Shown: one piece after another, positions 1-8,788 of the stretch
Layout: each line of letters starts with the position of its first letter
How positions within the stretch are numbered: position 1 is the first letter of the stretch
Assembly: GCA_026982255.1 (NCBI GenBank)
Contig: JALSHL010000317.1
Span: 1-38,179, forward strand
Length of the DNA stretch: 38,179 nucleotides
Reading direction: 5' to 3'
Source: Paracoccaceae bacterium
Lineage (GTDB): Bacteria; Pseudomonadota; Alphaproteobacteria; Rhodobacterales; Rhodobacteraceae
Program-made: the position numbers and the translations under genes
The notes under the pieces: model-generated
Seen by the model: the letters and a program-made list of their open reading frames with translations, nothing else
The model's database searches: none
Told to the model about the DNA's origin: nothing

Positions 1-447
1 CTAAAACGGGAAGCCATTACCCCACATGTAACTGAGCGGCTGCGTAAACGCATAGGACGCCCGGTTGACGTCATAGGTCAGCCGCCCCATGTTCGCCGAC
101 ATCCCCTTGACCGCCTCGGTCATGGCAGGCACCGAGTGCGCCATTGCCCCGACGTCCTCCTGCATGGCGACCAGACTGCCGTTCATTTTTGCGATATTCT
201 TGGTCATTTCTTTGATATTCCCGCCCATATCGGCGATATTTGCGTCCATGCTCTGCATAGTGGCACCCATCCCGTGGATATCGTCCGTCATGACCGCGAA
301 GTTCCCGTTCATCTCGATCATCACGTCCGTCAGGGTGAATACCTTCTGCGCCATGCCATACATGACCCATGTAAAGGCCATCATGACAACGACAATTCCG
401 GCTGTGGTGAGGACTATAAAGCGGCTGCTGTTTACACGCCGGTACAT
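1..447 (-). CDS. Membrane-anchored methionine-rich coiled-coil protein of unknown function (148 aa)
   Basis: ATG at 447 with GGGGGA upstream; basic N-terminus (RR..R), then a hydrophobic helix at about aa 10-32; Met at every 7th residue from 46 to 116; aromatic C-terminus (QPLSYMWGNGFPF); stop TAG at 1-3. Confidence 0.8.
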   Translation of the reverse strand: MYRRVNSSRFIVLTTAGIVVVMMAFTWVMYGMAQKVFTLTDVMIEMNGNFAVMTDDIHGMGATMQSMDANIADMGGNIKEMTKNIAKMNGSLVAMQEDVGAMAHSVPAMTEAVKGMSANMGRLTYDVNRASYAFTQPLSYMWGNGFPF

Positions 448-787
448 TCAATTTCCCCCAACCTGTTGGACTTCTGCAATATTCGGAACCGCAAAACCTG
501 CAAGCACAGGTAGTCCCGCATTATCTATTTGAACTTCCTTATATAACAGATCGCTAACATTTCTAAGGAAAATTTTCGGCTATATTTGCCGAAAGGAATA
601 ACACCATGAAATAACAGTAAACTTTTGTAGATATCGCACTCCGGAAATCCGCGATACCCGGATTACGAACCGCCCGGCCCCACATACCGCAACCGGCCCA
701 TGCAACGCAAAATCCGGATATTCTCCGAAAATGAGTCGCAAGGCTGCACATGCGAACCGGTAACGCCAAACCTGCCCCGCGAAACAC

Positions 788-807
788 CCACTAAACCGGT
801 TTAGTGG
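788..807. promoter_or_regulatory. Perfect 20-bp palindrome, LacI-family-like operator
   Basis: CCACTAAACC|GGTTTAGTGG is an exact inverted repeat with no loop and the central AAnCGnTT pattern typical of LacI-family sites; it lies between divergent genes. Confidence 0.55.
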
Positions 808-836
808 TTTTCAAAGCCTGCGCAAAAAATATTTAT

Positions 837-852
837 TTTACCGTTTGATAAA
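837..852. promoter_or_regulatory. Degenerate RutR/PydR-type operator upstream of preT
   Basis: TTTACCGTTTGATAAA resembles TT(G/T)ACCAnnTGGT(C/A)AA with 2 mismatches; it sits in an AT-rich tract 50 bp before the preT start. Confidence 0.55.
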
Positions 853-902
853 AAATAAAACCTGTGGCAACGTAGATAAAAACGACGCAACAGGAGGGCG
901 CG

Positions 903-2237
903 ATGCCAAACGATATGCAGACTTCGGGGATACGGGACCATCGTCTCGCGCCCGGAGATTACGCCGAAAACTTTTCCGACCTTCACCCGCCGATGGACGA
1001 CCACGAGGCACTGGTCGCCGCCGACCGCTGCTATTTCTGCCACGATGCCCCGTGCATGGAGGCCTGCCCCACCACCATCGACATCCCGCTGTTCATCCGC
1101 GAGATTTCGACCGGCATGGCAACCGCGGCCGCTAAAACCATTTTCGCGCAGAACATCATGGGCGGCATGTGCGCCCGCGTCTGTCCCACCGAAACCCTGT
1201 GCGAGGAGGTCTGCGTGCGCGAGACCGCCGAACACGAGCCGGTACAGATCGGTCGCCTGCAACGCTACGCCACCGACGCCCTGATGGCCAAAGGGGAGCA
1301 CCCGTTTTCCCGCGCCGCCGATACCGGCAAAAAGGTCGCCGTCGTAGGTGCCGGTCCTGCCGGCATGTCGGCAGCCCACCGTCTGGCCATGCACGGGCAC
1401 AGCGTCACGGTTTTCGATGCACGTTCCAAGGCGGGCGGGCTGAACGAATACGGGATCGCCGCCTACAAATCTCCCGACAACTTCGCGCAGGCCGAAGTAG
1501 ACTGGCTGCTGAAAATCGGCGGAATCGAGGTAAAACACGACTCGCCGATTGGCGGGGACATGACCCTCGACTCGCTGAAACGGGAATACGACGCGGTGTT
1601 CCTTGCCATCGGTCTGCGCGGGGTGAATGCCCTGCGGACCGAGGGCGAGGACCTCGAAAACGTGCGTGATGCGGTCGATTTCATCGCGGAATTGCGTCAG
1701 GCGAAGGACCTTTCCTCCATCCCCGTCGGGCGGAATGTCATCGTCATCGGCGGCGGCATGACCGCCGTGGATGCTGCCGTGCAGTCGAAACTGCTGGGCG
1801 CAGAGCATGTGACCATGGTTTACCGCCGCGGCAAGGAACGCATGAGCGCCTCGGAATTCGAGCAGGAACTGGCCACCTCCAAGGGCGTGCAGATCATTTA
1901 CGGCGCTGCCCCGTTGCGGGTCATCGGCGACAAGGCTGTCGAGGCCGTGGAATTCGCCTATACCCGCGAGGAAAACGGCGCGCTGGTAACCACGGGCGAG
2001 ACCTTTACCCTGCCTGCCGACCAGGTGTTCAAGGCCATCGGGCAAACGCTGGAGGGCGCCCCTGCCGGACTGGAAATCGAAGGCGGCAAGATCAAGGTCA
2101 CCGGCAGCGGCCGGACCTCGGACCCGAAAGTCTGGGCCGGAGGCGACTGTGCGACGGGCGGTGACGACCTGACCGTGACCGCTGTCGCCGAAGGGCGCGA
2201 CGCGGCCGAAGACATCAACACGAAACTGGGGGGCTAA
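903..2237 (+). CDS. preT: Dihydropyrimidine dehydrogenase subunit PreT (GltD-like FAD/Fe-S subunit)
   Basis: RCYFCHDAPCMEACP and CARVCPTETLCEEVC Fe-S motifs; GAGPAG and IGGGMTAVD dinucleotide folds; RBS CAGGAGG; directly upstream of preA. Confidence 0.93.
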   Translation: MPNDMQTSGIRDHRLAPGDYAENFSDLHPPMDDHEALVAADRCYFCHDAPCMEACPTTIDIPLFIREISTGMATAAAKTIFAQNIMGGMCARVCPTETLCEEVCVRETAEHEPVQIGRLQRYATDALMAKGEHPFSRAADTGKKVAVVGAGPAGMSAAHRLAMHGHSVTVFDARSKAGGLNEYGIAAYKSPDNFAQAEVDWLLKIGGIEVKHDSPIGGDMTLDSLKREYDAVFLAIGLRGVNALRTEGEDLENVRDAVDFIAELRQAKDLSSIPVGRNVIVIGGGMTAVDAAVQSKLLGAEHVTMVYRRGKERMSASEFEQELATSKGVQIIYGAAPLRVIGDKAVEAVEFAYTREENGALVTTGETFTLPADQVFKAIGQTLEGAPAGLEIEGGKIKVTGSGRTSDPKVWAGGDCATGGDDLTVTAVAEGRDAAEDINTKLGG

Positions 2238-2240
2238 ACC

Positions 2241-3560
2241 ATGGCTGATCTCACAAGCACTTTCGTCGGCATCAAATCCCCGAACCCGTTCTGGCTGGCC
2301 TCGGCCCCGCCCACGGACAAGGAATACAACGTCCGCCGCGCCTTCGAGGCCGGATGGGGCGGCGTTGTCTGGAAAACCCTGGGCGAGGACGGCCCGCCCG
2401 TGGTCAACGTCAACGGCCCGCGCTATGGCGCCATCTTCGGACCGGACCGCCGCCTGATCGGGCTGAACAACATCGAACTGATCACCGACCGCCCGTTGCA
2501 GCAGAACCTGCGCGAGATCAAGGCGGTGAAACGCGATTATCCCGACCGCGCCGTGGTCGTCTCGCTGATGGTCCCCTGCGAGGAACACGCCTGGAAGGCG
2601 ATCCTGCCGGTGGTCGAGGAAACCGGCGCCGACGGGATCGAGCTGAACTTCGGCTGCCCGCACGGCATGGCGGAACGGGGCATGGGCAGCGCCGTCGGGC
2701 AGGTGCCGGAATATATCGAGATGGTCACCCGCTGGTGCAAGCAGAACACCCGTATGCCGGTGATCGTCAAGCTGACGCCGAACATCACCGACATCCGCAA
2801 ACCGGCCGAGGCCGCACGCCGCGGCGGGGCCGATGCGGTCAGCCTGATCAATACCATCAACTCCATCACCTCGGTCGATCTGGACAATTTCGCGCCGGAA
2901 CCGACGATTGACGGCTGGGGCGCGCACGGGGGCTACTGCGGTCCTGCGGTGAAACCGATCGCCCTGAACATGGTGGCCGAGATCGCCCGCAATCCCGAAA
3001 CCGCCGATCTGCCGATCTCGGGCATTGGCGGCGTCACCACATGGCGCGATGCGGCGGAATTCATGGCACTCGGCGCCGGCAATGTGCAGGTCTGCACCGC
3101 CGCCATGACCTACGGCTTCAAGGTCGTGCAGGAAATGATCTCGGGCCTGTCCGAATATATGGACGAAAAAGGCATCGCCTCGACCGCCGAAATCGTCGGG
3201 AGGGCCGTGCCGAACGTCAAGGACTGGCAGGACCTGAACCTCAACTACATCACCAAGGCGAAGATCGACCAGGACTTGTGCATCAAATGCGGCCGCTGCT
3301 TTGCCGCCTGCGAGGACACCTCGCACCAGGCAATCACCATGTCGGACGACCGTGTGTTCGAGGTGCAGAACAACGAATGCGTCGCCTGCAACCTCTGCGT
3401 CAATGTCTGTCCGGTAGAGGGCTGCATCTCGATGGAGGCCCTCGCCCCCGGCGAGATCGACGAACGCACCGGCGAGACCGTAAGCGGCGAATACGGCAAC
3501 TGGACCACGCATCCGAACAATCCCGGTGGCACCATGTGCAATGTGATGCCCGAGGAATGA
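2241..3560 (+). CDS. preA: NAD-dependent dihydropyrimidine dehydrogenase subunit PreA
   Basis: NPFWLASAPPT, ELNFGCPHGM catalytic loop, KLTPN, GGYCGPAVKP, and two C-terminal ferredoxin motifs (CIKCGRC, CVACNLC). Confidence 0.96.
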   Translation: MADLTSTFVGIKSPNPFWLASAPPTDKEYNVRRAFEAGWGGVVWKTLGEDGPPVVNVNGPRYGAIFGPDRRLIGLNNIELITDRPLQQNLREIKAVKRDYPDRAVVVSLMVPCEEHAWKAILPVVEETGADGIELNFGCPHGMAERGMGSAVGQVPEYIEMVTRWCKQNTRMPVIVKLTPNITDIRKPAEAARRGGADAVSLINTINSITSVDLDNFAPEPTIDGWGAHGGYCGPAVKPIALNMVAEIARNPETADLPISGIGGVTTWRDAAEFMALGAGNVQVCTAAMTYGFKVVQEMISGLSEYMDEKGIASTAEIVGRAVPNVKDWQDLNLNYITKAKIDQDLCIKCGRCFAACEDTSHQAITMSDDRVFEVQNNECVACNLCVNVCPVEGCISMEALAPGEIDERTGETVSGEYGNWTTHPNNPGGTMCNVMPEE

Positions 3561-3580
3561 ACATTCGCCGTTGACCTTTC

Positions 3581-3613
3581 GGGGCGATCCGGCATGCTCG
3601 GGTCGCCCTTTTT
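3581..3613 (+). terminator. Probable intrinsic terminator after preA
   Basis: GGGGCGATCCG / CGGGTCGCCCT stem (with G-U pairs), 7-nt loop, followed by a short T run. Confidence 0.55.
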
Positions 3614-3628
3614 CGATCAGGAATCCCC

Positions 3629-4519
3629 ATGCCCCACCGCAACCGCACCGAAGTCCTGAAAGGCCATGCCGTGATGCTGTTGTTCTCGGTGCTGGTGGCG
3701 GGCTCGTTCAGCCTCGGCGGGATTATCGCGACGATGATCGATCCGGCGGCGCTCAATGCCCTGCGGTTCCTGATTGCCAGCGTGATCATCGGCACGCTGG
3801 TGTTCGCGCAAGGTGGTATAAGGCGCGAATACCTGCAGGACCCGTGGCGCTATCCGGTTATGGGCGGGCTGTTCGCCATCTATTTCGTTACCATGTTCGA
3901 GGGGCTGAAAACCTCGCCGCCGGTTTCCTCGGCGGCCATGTTCACGCTTACGCCGGTCCTTGCCGCCGGTTTCGGCTGGCTGCTGTTGCGGCAGGTCACC
4001 ACACCGCGCATGGCGCTGGCGCTGGCGTTGGCCGCCGCCGGCGCGATCTGGGTGATTTTTCGCGGCGATATCGACGCCATCCTCGCCTTTGATATCGGGC
4101 GGGGAGAGGTAATCTTTTTCTTCGGAGTCGTCGCCCATGCCATCTATACCCCGATGATCCGCAAGCTGAACCGCGGGGAGCCGCCGCTGGTGTTCACCTT
4201 CGGAATGCTGGTTTCCGGTTTCATCCTGCTGTCGGCCTATGGCGCCCCCGCCATTTTGCAAACAGACTGGAGCGCCCTGCCCGCCATCGTCTGGATCACG
4301 CTCGCCTATCTGTCCGTATTCGCCAGCGCCACCACGTTTTTCCTCGTGCAATACGCCACCCTGCGCCTGCCGAGCGCCAAGGTCATGGCCTATACCTATC
4401 TGGTCCCCGCATGGGTCATCCTGTGGGAATTCGCGCTCGGCAACGGCTTCGTTCAGCCCTTCGTGCTGGCCGGCGTGGCGCTTGTGGTGGTGGCTTTGTT
4501 GATGCTGCTGAAAGATTGA
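3629..4519 (+). CDS. DMT/EamA family transporter
   Basis: 296 aa, about 10 hydrophobic helices in two repeats, 'LRFLIA' and 'YTYLVP' EamA-type motifs. Confidence 0.88.
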   Translation: MPHRNRTEVLKGHAVMLLFSVLVAGSFSLGGIIATMIDPAALNALRFLIASVIIGTLVFAQGGIRREYLQDPWRYPVMGGLFAIYFVTMFEGLKTSPPVSSAAMFTLTPVLAAGFGWLLLRQVTTPRMALALALAAAGAIWVIFRGDIDAILAFDIGRGEVIFFFGVVAHAIYTPMIRKLNRGEPPLVFTFGMLVSGFILLSAYGAPAILQTDWSALPAIVWITLAYLSVFASATTFFLVQYATLRLPSAKVMAYTYLVPAWVILWEFALGNGFVQPFVLAGVALVVVALLMLLKD

Positions 4520-4590
4520 CCGGAACACCGGCAGACAATGCCCGCTTTTGCGGCAGTTTCCGGCATTTTGCAAAATCTCCAAACAATTTC

Positions 4591-4618
4591 TTGACTGGTT
4601 GACCGGCTATGCTAGCGT
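4591..4618 (+). promoter_or_regulatory. Putative sigma70 promoter for the aminotransferase-hydrolase-ABC operon
   Basis: TTGACT (4591-4596), 16-nt spacer, TAGCGT (4613-4618) with an extended TG; the operator follows immediately. Confidence 0.5.
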
Positions 4619-4622
4619 CAAC

Positions 4623-4638
4623 CTGACCAGATGGTCAA
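4623..4638. promoter_or_regulatory. RutR/PydR operator
   Basis: CTGACCAGATGGTCAA, one mismatch from the RutR box TTGACCAnnTGGTCAA; overlaps the predicted transcription start of pyrimidine catabolic genes. Confidence 0.8.
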
Positions 4639-4662
4639 AAGATTACTTCGGGAGGGGTTGGC

Positions 4663-5988
4663 ATGTCCGATCGCACACAAACGGCACCGAATGACCTGAG
4701 CGCATTCTGGATGCCTTTCACGGCAAACCGCCAGTTCAAGAAAAACCCGCGCATGTTCGTCGCGGCCGACGGCATGTATTATACCACCGCCGACGGGCGC
4801 AAGGTGCTGGACGGCACCGCCGGCCTGTGGTGCGTGAACGCGGGCCACAACCAGCCGCGCATTGTCGAGGCGATTGCCAGACAGGCGGCGGAACTGGACT
4901 ACGCCCCCGCCTTCCAGATGGGCCACCCGAAGGCCTTTGAGTTGGCCAACCGCATTGTCGATATGGCGCCGGACGGAATCAACCATGTGTTCTATACCAA
5001 CTCCGGCTCGGAATCGGTGGAAACGGCACTGAAAATCGCCATCGCCTATCATCGTGCGCGCGGCGAGGGCACCCGCACCCGCCTGATCGGGCGCGAGCGC
5101 GGCTATCACGGGGTCAACTTCGGCGGCATTTCCGTCGGCGGCATCGGGCCGAACCGCAAGACCTTCGGCAACCTGCTGACCGGTGTGGACCACCTGCCCC
5201 ACACCCATATCCCCGAGAACGCCTTTACCCGCGGCCAGCCCGAACACGGGGCCTATCTGGCGGACGAACTGGAACGGATCGTGGCCCTTGGCGACGCCAG
5301 CAATATCGCCGCGGTGATTGTCGAGCCGATGGCCGGCTCCACCGGTGTTCTGCTGCCGCCGAAGGGCTATCTGGACCGGCTGCGCGCGATCACGAAAAAA
5401 CACGGCATCCTGCTGATTTTCGACGAAGTCATCACCGGTTTCGGTCGTCTCGGCTCCGCTTTCGGGGCAACGCATTACGGCGTGACACCGGACATCATGA
5501 CCACGGCCAAGGGGCTGACCAACGGCGTCATCCCGATGGGGGCGGTGCTGACCACCAGCGAAATCCACGACGCCTTCATGACCGGTCCCGAAAATATGAT
5601 CGAGCTGTTCCACGGCTATACCTATTCCGGCAACCCCATCGCCTCGGCCGCCGGATTGGCGACGCTGGAAACCTACAAACAGGACGGCCTGTTCGAAAAC
5701 GCCCGCGATCTGGCCGGATACTGGGAGGACGCGCTGCATGCCCTCAAGGGCCTGCCGCATGTGATCGACATCCGCAACGAGGGGCTGATCGGCGCGATCG
5801 AGTTGCAGCCGATCGAGGGCGCACCGACCAAGCGGGCGTTCCAGGCCTTCCTCGATGCCTATGAGGCCGGCATCCTGATCCGCACCACCGGCGACATCAT
5901 TGCCCTGTCGCCGCCGCTGATCATGAACAAGGGGCATATCGACGAGTTGATCGGCAAGCTGGCCGATGTTCTGAAAAATCTGGACTAG
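4663..5988 (+). CDS. Omega-amino acid:pyruvate (beta-alanine) aminotransferase, class III PLP
   Basis: FWMPFTANRQF, DGTAGLWC, NSGSESV, FDEVITGFGRLG, TTAKG (PLP Lys), HGYTYSG; context is beta-alanine-producing pyrimidine degradation. Confidence 0.9.
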   Translation: MSDRTQTAPNDLSAFWMPFTANRQFKKNPRMFVAADGMYYTTADGRKVLDGTAGLWCVNAGHNQPRIVEAIARQAAELDYAPAFQMGHPKAFELANRIVDMAPDGINHVFYTNSGSESVETALKIAIAYHRARGEGTRTRLIGRERGYHGVNFGGISVGGIGPNRKTFGNLLTGVDHLPHTHIPENAFTRGQPEHGAYLADELERIVALGDASNIAAVIVEPMAGSTGVLLPPKGYLDRLRAITKKHGILLIFDEVITGFGRLGSAFGATHYGVTPDIMTTAKGLTNGVIPMGAVLTTSEIHDAFMTGPENMIELFHGYTYSGNPIASAAGLATLETYKQDGLFENARDLAGYWEDALHALKGLPHVIDIRNEGLIGAIELQPIEGAPTKRAFQAFLDAYEAGILIRTTGDIIALSPPLIMNKGHIDELIGKLADVLKNLD

Positions 5989-5999
5989 GGAGAAGTATC

Positions 6000-7250
6000 A
6001 TGGCTGCACCCGGCGAAAACATGAAAGTGGACGGCGACCGCCTGTGGGACTCGCTGATGGAAATGGCCAAGATCGGGCCGGGCGTCGCGGGTGGCAACAA
6101 CCGCCAGACCCTGACCGACGAGGACGGCGAAGGCCGTGCCCTGTTCCAGAAATGGTGCGAGGCGGCGGGCTGCACCATGGGCCTCGACCAGATGGGCAAC
6201 ATGTTCGCGCGCCGCGAGGGCACCGACCCCGACGCCCTGCCCGTCTATGTCGGCTCGCATCTGGATACGCAGCCGACAGGCGGCAAATACGACGGGGTTC
6301 TGGGGGTTCTCGGCGGGCTGGAGATCATCCGCACGCTCAACGACCTCGGCGTGAAAACCAGACATCCGATTGTCGTCACAAACTGGACAAACGAGGAAGG
6401 CACGCGCTTTGCCCCTGCCATGCTGGCCTCGGGCGTGTTCGCGGGGATGCACACGCAGGACTGGGCCTATGAAATCGAGGACGCCGAGGGCAAGAAATTC
6501 GGGGACGAGCTGAAACGCATCGGCTGGCGCGGCGACGAAGAAGTCGGCGCACGCAAAATGCACGCCTTCTTCGAGCTGCACATCGAACAAGGCCCGATTC
6601 TGGAGGCCGAAGGCAAGGATATCGGCGTGGTCACCCACGGTCAGGGCCTGAGCTGGACGCAGGTGACAGTGACCGGCAAGGAAAGCCACACCGGCTCCAC
6701 CCCCATGCCGATGCGCAGGAACGCCGGTCTGGGCATGGCGCGGATGCTGGAACTGGTGGACGAGATCGCCTGGAGCCACAAACCCGATGCCGTGGGTGCC
6801 GCGGGACATATCGATGTCTACCCCAACTCGCGCAACGTCATTCCGGGCAAGGTGGTGTTTACCGTCGATTTCCGCTCGCCGGACCTCGACACCATCACCG
6901 ATATGGAGACCCGCTTCCGCGAAGGCGCGCAGAAAATCGCGGACGACATGGGCTTGCAGGTGGAATTCGAGAAGGTCGGCGGGTTCGATCCGGTCGCCTT
7001 CGACGAAACCTGCGTCAGTGCCGTGCGCAATGCCGCCGAGCGTCTGGGATATTCGCACCGCGACATCATTTCCGGCGCCGGTCACGACGCCTGCTGGATC
7101 AACCGCGTTGCCCCCACCGCCATGGTCATGTGCCCCTGCGTTGACGGGCTGAGCCATAACGAGGCGGAGGAGATCTCGAAAGAATGGGCCACGGCGGGGG
7201 CCGATGTGCTGCTGCATGCGGTAGTGGAAACGGCGGAGATCGTGGGGTGA
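6000..7250 (+). CDS. Zn-dependent N-carbamoyl-beta-alanine amidohydrolase (beta-ureidopropionase, M20 family)
   Basis: GSHLDTQPTGGKYDG, TNEEG, ELHIEQGP, SGAGHDA, SHNEAE motifs. Confidence 0.92.
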   Translation: MAAPGENMKVDGDRLWDSLMEMAKIGPGVAGGNNRQTLTDEDGEGRALFQKWCEAAGCTMGLDQMGNMFARREGTDPDALPVYVGSHLDTQPTGGKYDGVLGVLGGLEIIRTLNDLGVKTRHPIVVTNWTNEEGTRFAPAMLASGVFAGMHTQDWAYEIEDAEGKKFGDELKRIGWRGDEEVGARKMHAFFELHIEQGPILEAEGKDIGVVTHGQGLSWTQVTVTGKESHTGSTPMPMRRNAGLGMARMLELVDEIAWSHKPDAVGAAGHIDVYPNSRNVIPGKVVFTVDFRSPDLDTITDMETRFREGAQKIADDMGLQVEFEKVGGFDPVAFDETCVSAVRNAAERLGYSHRDIISGAGHDACWINRVAPTAMVMCPCVDGLSHNEAEEISKEWATAGADVLLHAVVETAEIVG

Positions 7251-7254
7251 TTCA

Positions 7255-7301
7255 CGGGGGCGCTGCCCCCGCACCCCCGGAGTATTTGAGCAAAAAAGAA
7301 A
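7255..7301 (+). repeat. Short REP-like intergenic element (hairpin plus CCCCCGGAGTATTT...AAAGAA tail)
   Basis: CGGGGGC-GCT-GCCCCCG hairpin followed by CACCCCCGGAGTATTTGAGCAAAAAAGAAA. It resembles an interspersed repeat I recall from Rhodobacteraceae genomes; only one copy is seen here. Confidence 0.5.
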
Positions 7302-7332
7302 CTGGCAGGAGCCAGAGACAGGGAGGGTTGAA

Positions 7333-8784
7333 ATGACCAAGGTAATCAAAGGCGGCACGGTTGTGACCGCGGACCTGACATACAAGGCCGATGTGAAAAT
7401 CGAGGGCGGCCGGATTGTCGAGATCGGTCCCGACCTGAGCGGAGACGAGGTGCTGGACGCCACCGGCTGCTACATCATGCCCGGCGGTATCGACCCGCAC
7501 ACCCATCTGGAAATGCCCTTTATGGGCACCTATTCCAGTGACGATTTCGAAAGCGGCACCCGCGCGGGGCTGGCCGGCGGCACGACGATGGTTGTCGATT
7601 TCGCCCTGCCCAACCCGGGCGAAAGCCTGCTGGATGCGCTGAAACGCTGGGACAACAAATCCACCCGCGCCAATTGCGACTATTCCTTCCATATGGCGGT
7701 AACATGGTGGGGCGAGCAAGTGTTCGACGACATGCAGGAGGTCGTGGGCCGCGGCATCAATACCTTCAAGCATTTCCTTGCCTACAAGGGCGCGCTGATG
7801 GTCAATGACGACGAGCTTTACGCCAGTTTCAAACGCTGCGCCGAACTGGGCGCCACCCCGCTGGTGCATGCGGAAAACGGCGACGTGGTGGCGGAACTGA
7901 CCGCACAACTGCTAGCCGAGGGCAACACGGGACCGGAGGCACACGCCTATTCCCGCCCGCCGCAGGTGGAGGGCGAGGCAACCAATCGCGCCATCATGAT
8001 CGCCGACATGGCCGGTGCGCCGCTCTATGTCGTGCATACATCCTGCGAGGAGAGCCACGAAGCCATCCGCCGCGCCCGCATGCAGGGCAAACGGGTCTGG
8101 GGCGAACCGCTGATCCAGCATCTGACGCTGGACGAAAGCGAGTATTTCAACAAGGACTGGGACCACGCCGCCCGCCGCGTCATGTCCCCACCCTTCCGCA
8201 ACAAGCAGCATCAGGACAGCCTCTGGGCCGGCCTGCAATCGGGCAGCCTGAGCGTGGTGGCCACGGACCATTGTGCCTTTACCACGGAGCAGAAACGTTT
8301 CGGCGTCGGGGACTTCTCCAAGATCCCGAACGGCACCGGCGGGCTGGAGGACCGGATGCCGATGCTCTGGACCCACGGCGTCAACACCGGGCGCCTGACG
8401 ATGAACGAGTTTGTCGCCGTAACCTCGACCAATATTGCCAAAATCCTGAACTGCTATCCGAAAAAGGGCGCGGTGATGGTCGGGGCCGATGCCGATCTGG
8501 TGGTCTGGGACCCCGAAAAAGAAAAAACCATCTCCGCCAACAGCCAGCAGTCATCTATCGACTACAACGTGTTCGAGGGGCATCACGTCAAAGGCCTGCC
8601 GCGCTATACCTTGACGCGCGGACAGGTGGCCGTGATGGATGGCGAGATCAGAACGCAGGAAGGCCACGGCGAATTCGTCGCCCGCGAGCCGAATGCCACC
8701 GTCAACAAGGCACTTTCCAAATGGAAAGACCTGACCGCTCCGCGCCCTGTCGAGCGCAGCGGTATTCCGGCAAGCGGGGTATAA
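7333..8784 (+). CDS. hydA: Dihydropyrimidinase (D-hydantoinase)
   Basis: PGGIDPHTH, FKHF (carbamylated Lys), HAENG, VMSPPFR, ATDHC, IPNGTGG. Confidence 0.95.
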   Translation: MTKVIKGGTVVTADLTYKADVKIEGGRIVEIGPDLSGDEVLDATGCYIMPGGIDPHTHLEMPFMGTYSSDDFESGTRAGLAGGTTMVVDFALPNPGESLLDALKRWDNKSTRANCDYSFHMAVTWWGEQVFDDMQEVVGRGINTFKHFLAYKGALMVNDDELYASFKRCAELGATPLVHAENGDVVAELTAQLLAEGNTGPEAHAYSRPPQVEGEATNRAIMIADMAGAPLYVVHTSCEESHEAIRRARMQGKRVWGEPLIQHLTLDESEYFNKDWDHAARRVMSPPFRNKQHQDSLWAGLQSGSLSVVATDHCAFTTEQKRFGVGDFSKIPNGTGGLEDRMPMLWTHGVNTGRLTMNEFVAVTSTNIAKILNCYPKKGAVMVGADADLVVWDPEKEKTISANSQQSSIDYNVFEGHHVKGLPRYTLTRGQVAVMDGEIRTQEGHGEFVAREPNATVNKALSKWKDLTAPRPVERSGIPASGV

Positions 8785-8788
8785 TTGC

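Noticed and set aside
563-787. 74-aa minus-strand ORF in the AT-rich intergenic region
   Set aside because: No convincing RBS, atypical composition, and it lies in a divergent promoter region.
801-3512. 903-aa minus-strand ORF
   Set aside because: Antisense shadow of the in-frame preT and preA genes; high-GC codon bias removes stops, and the translation has no recognisable motifs.
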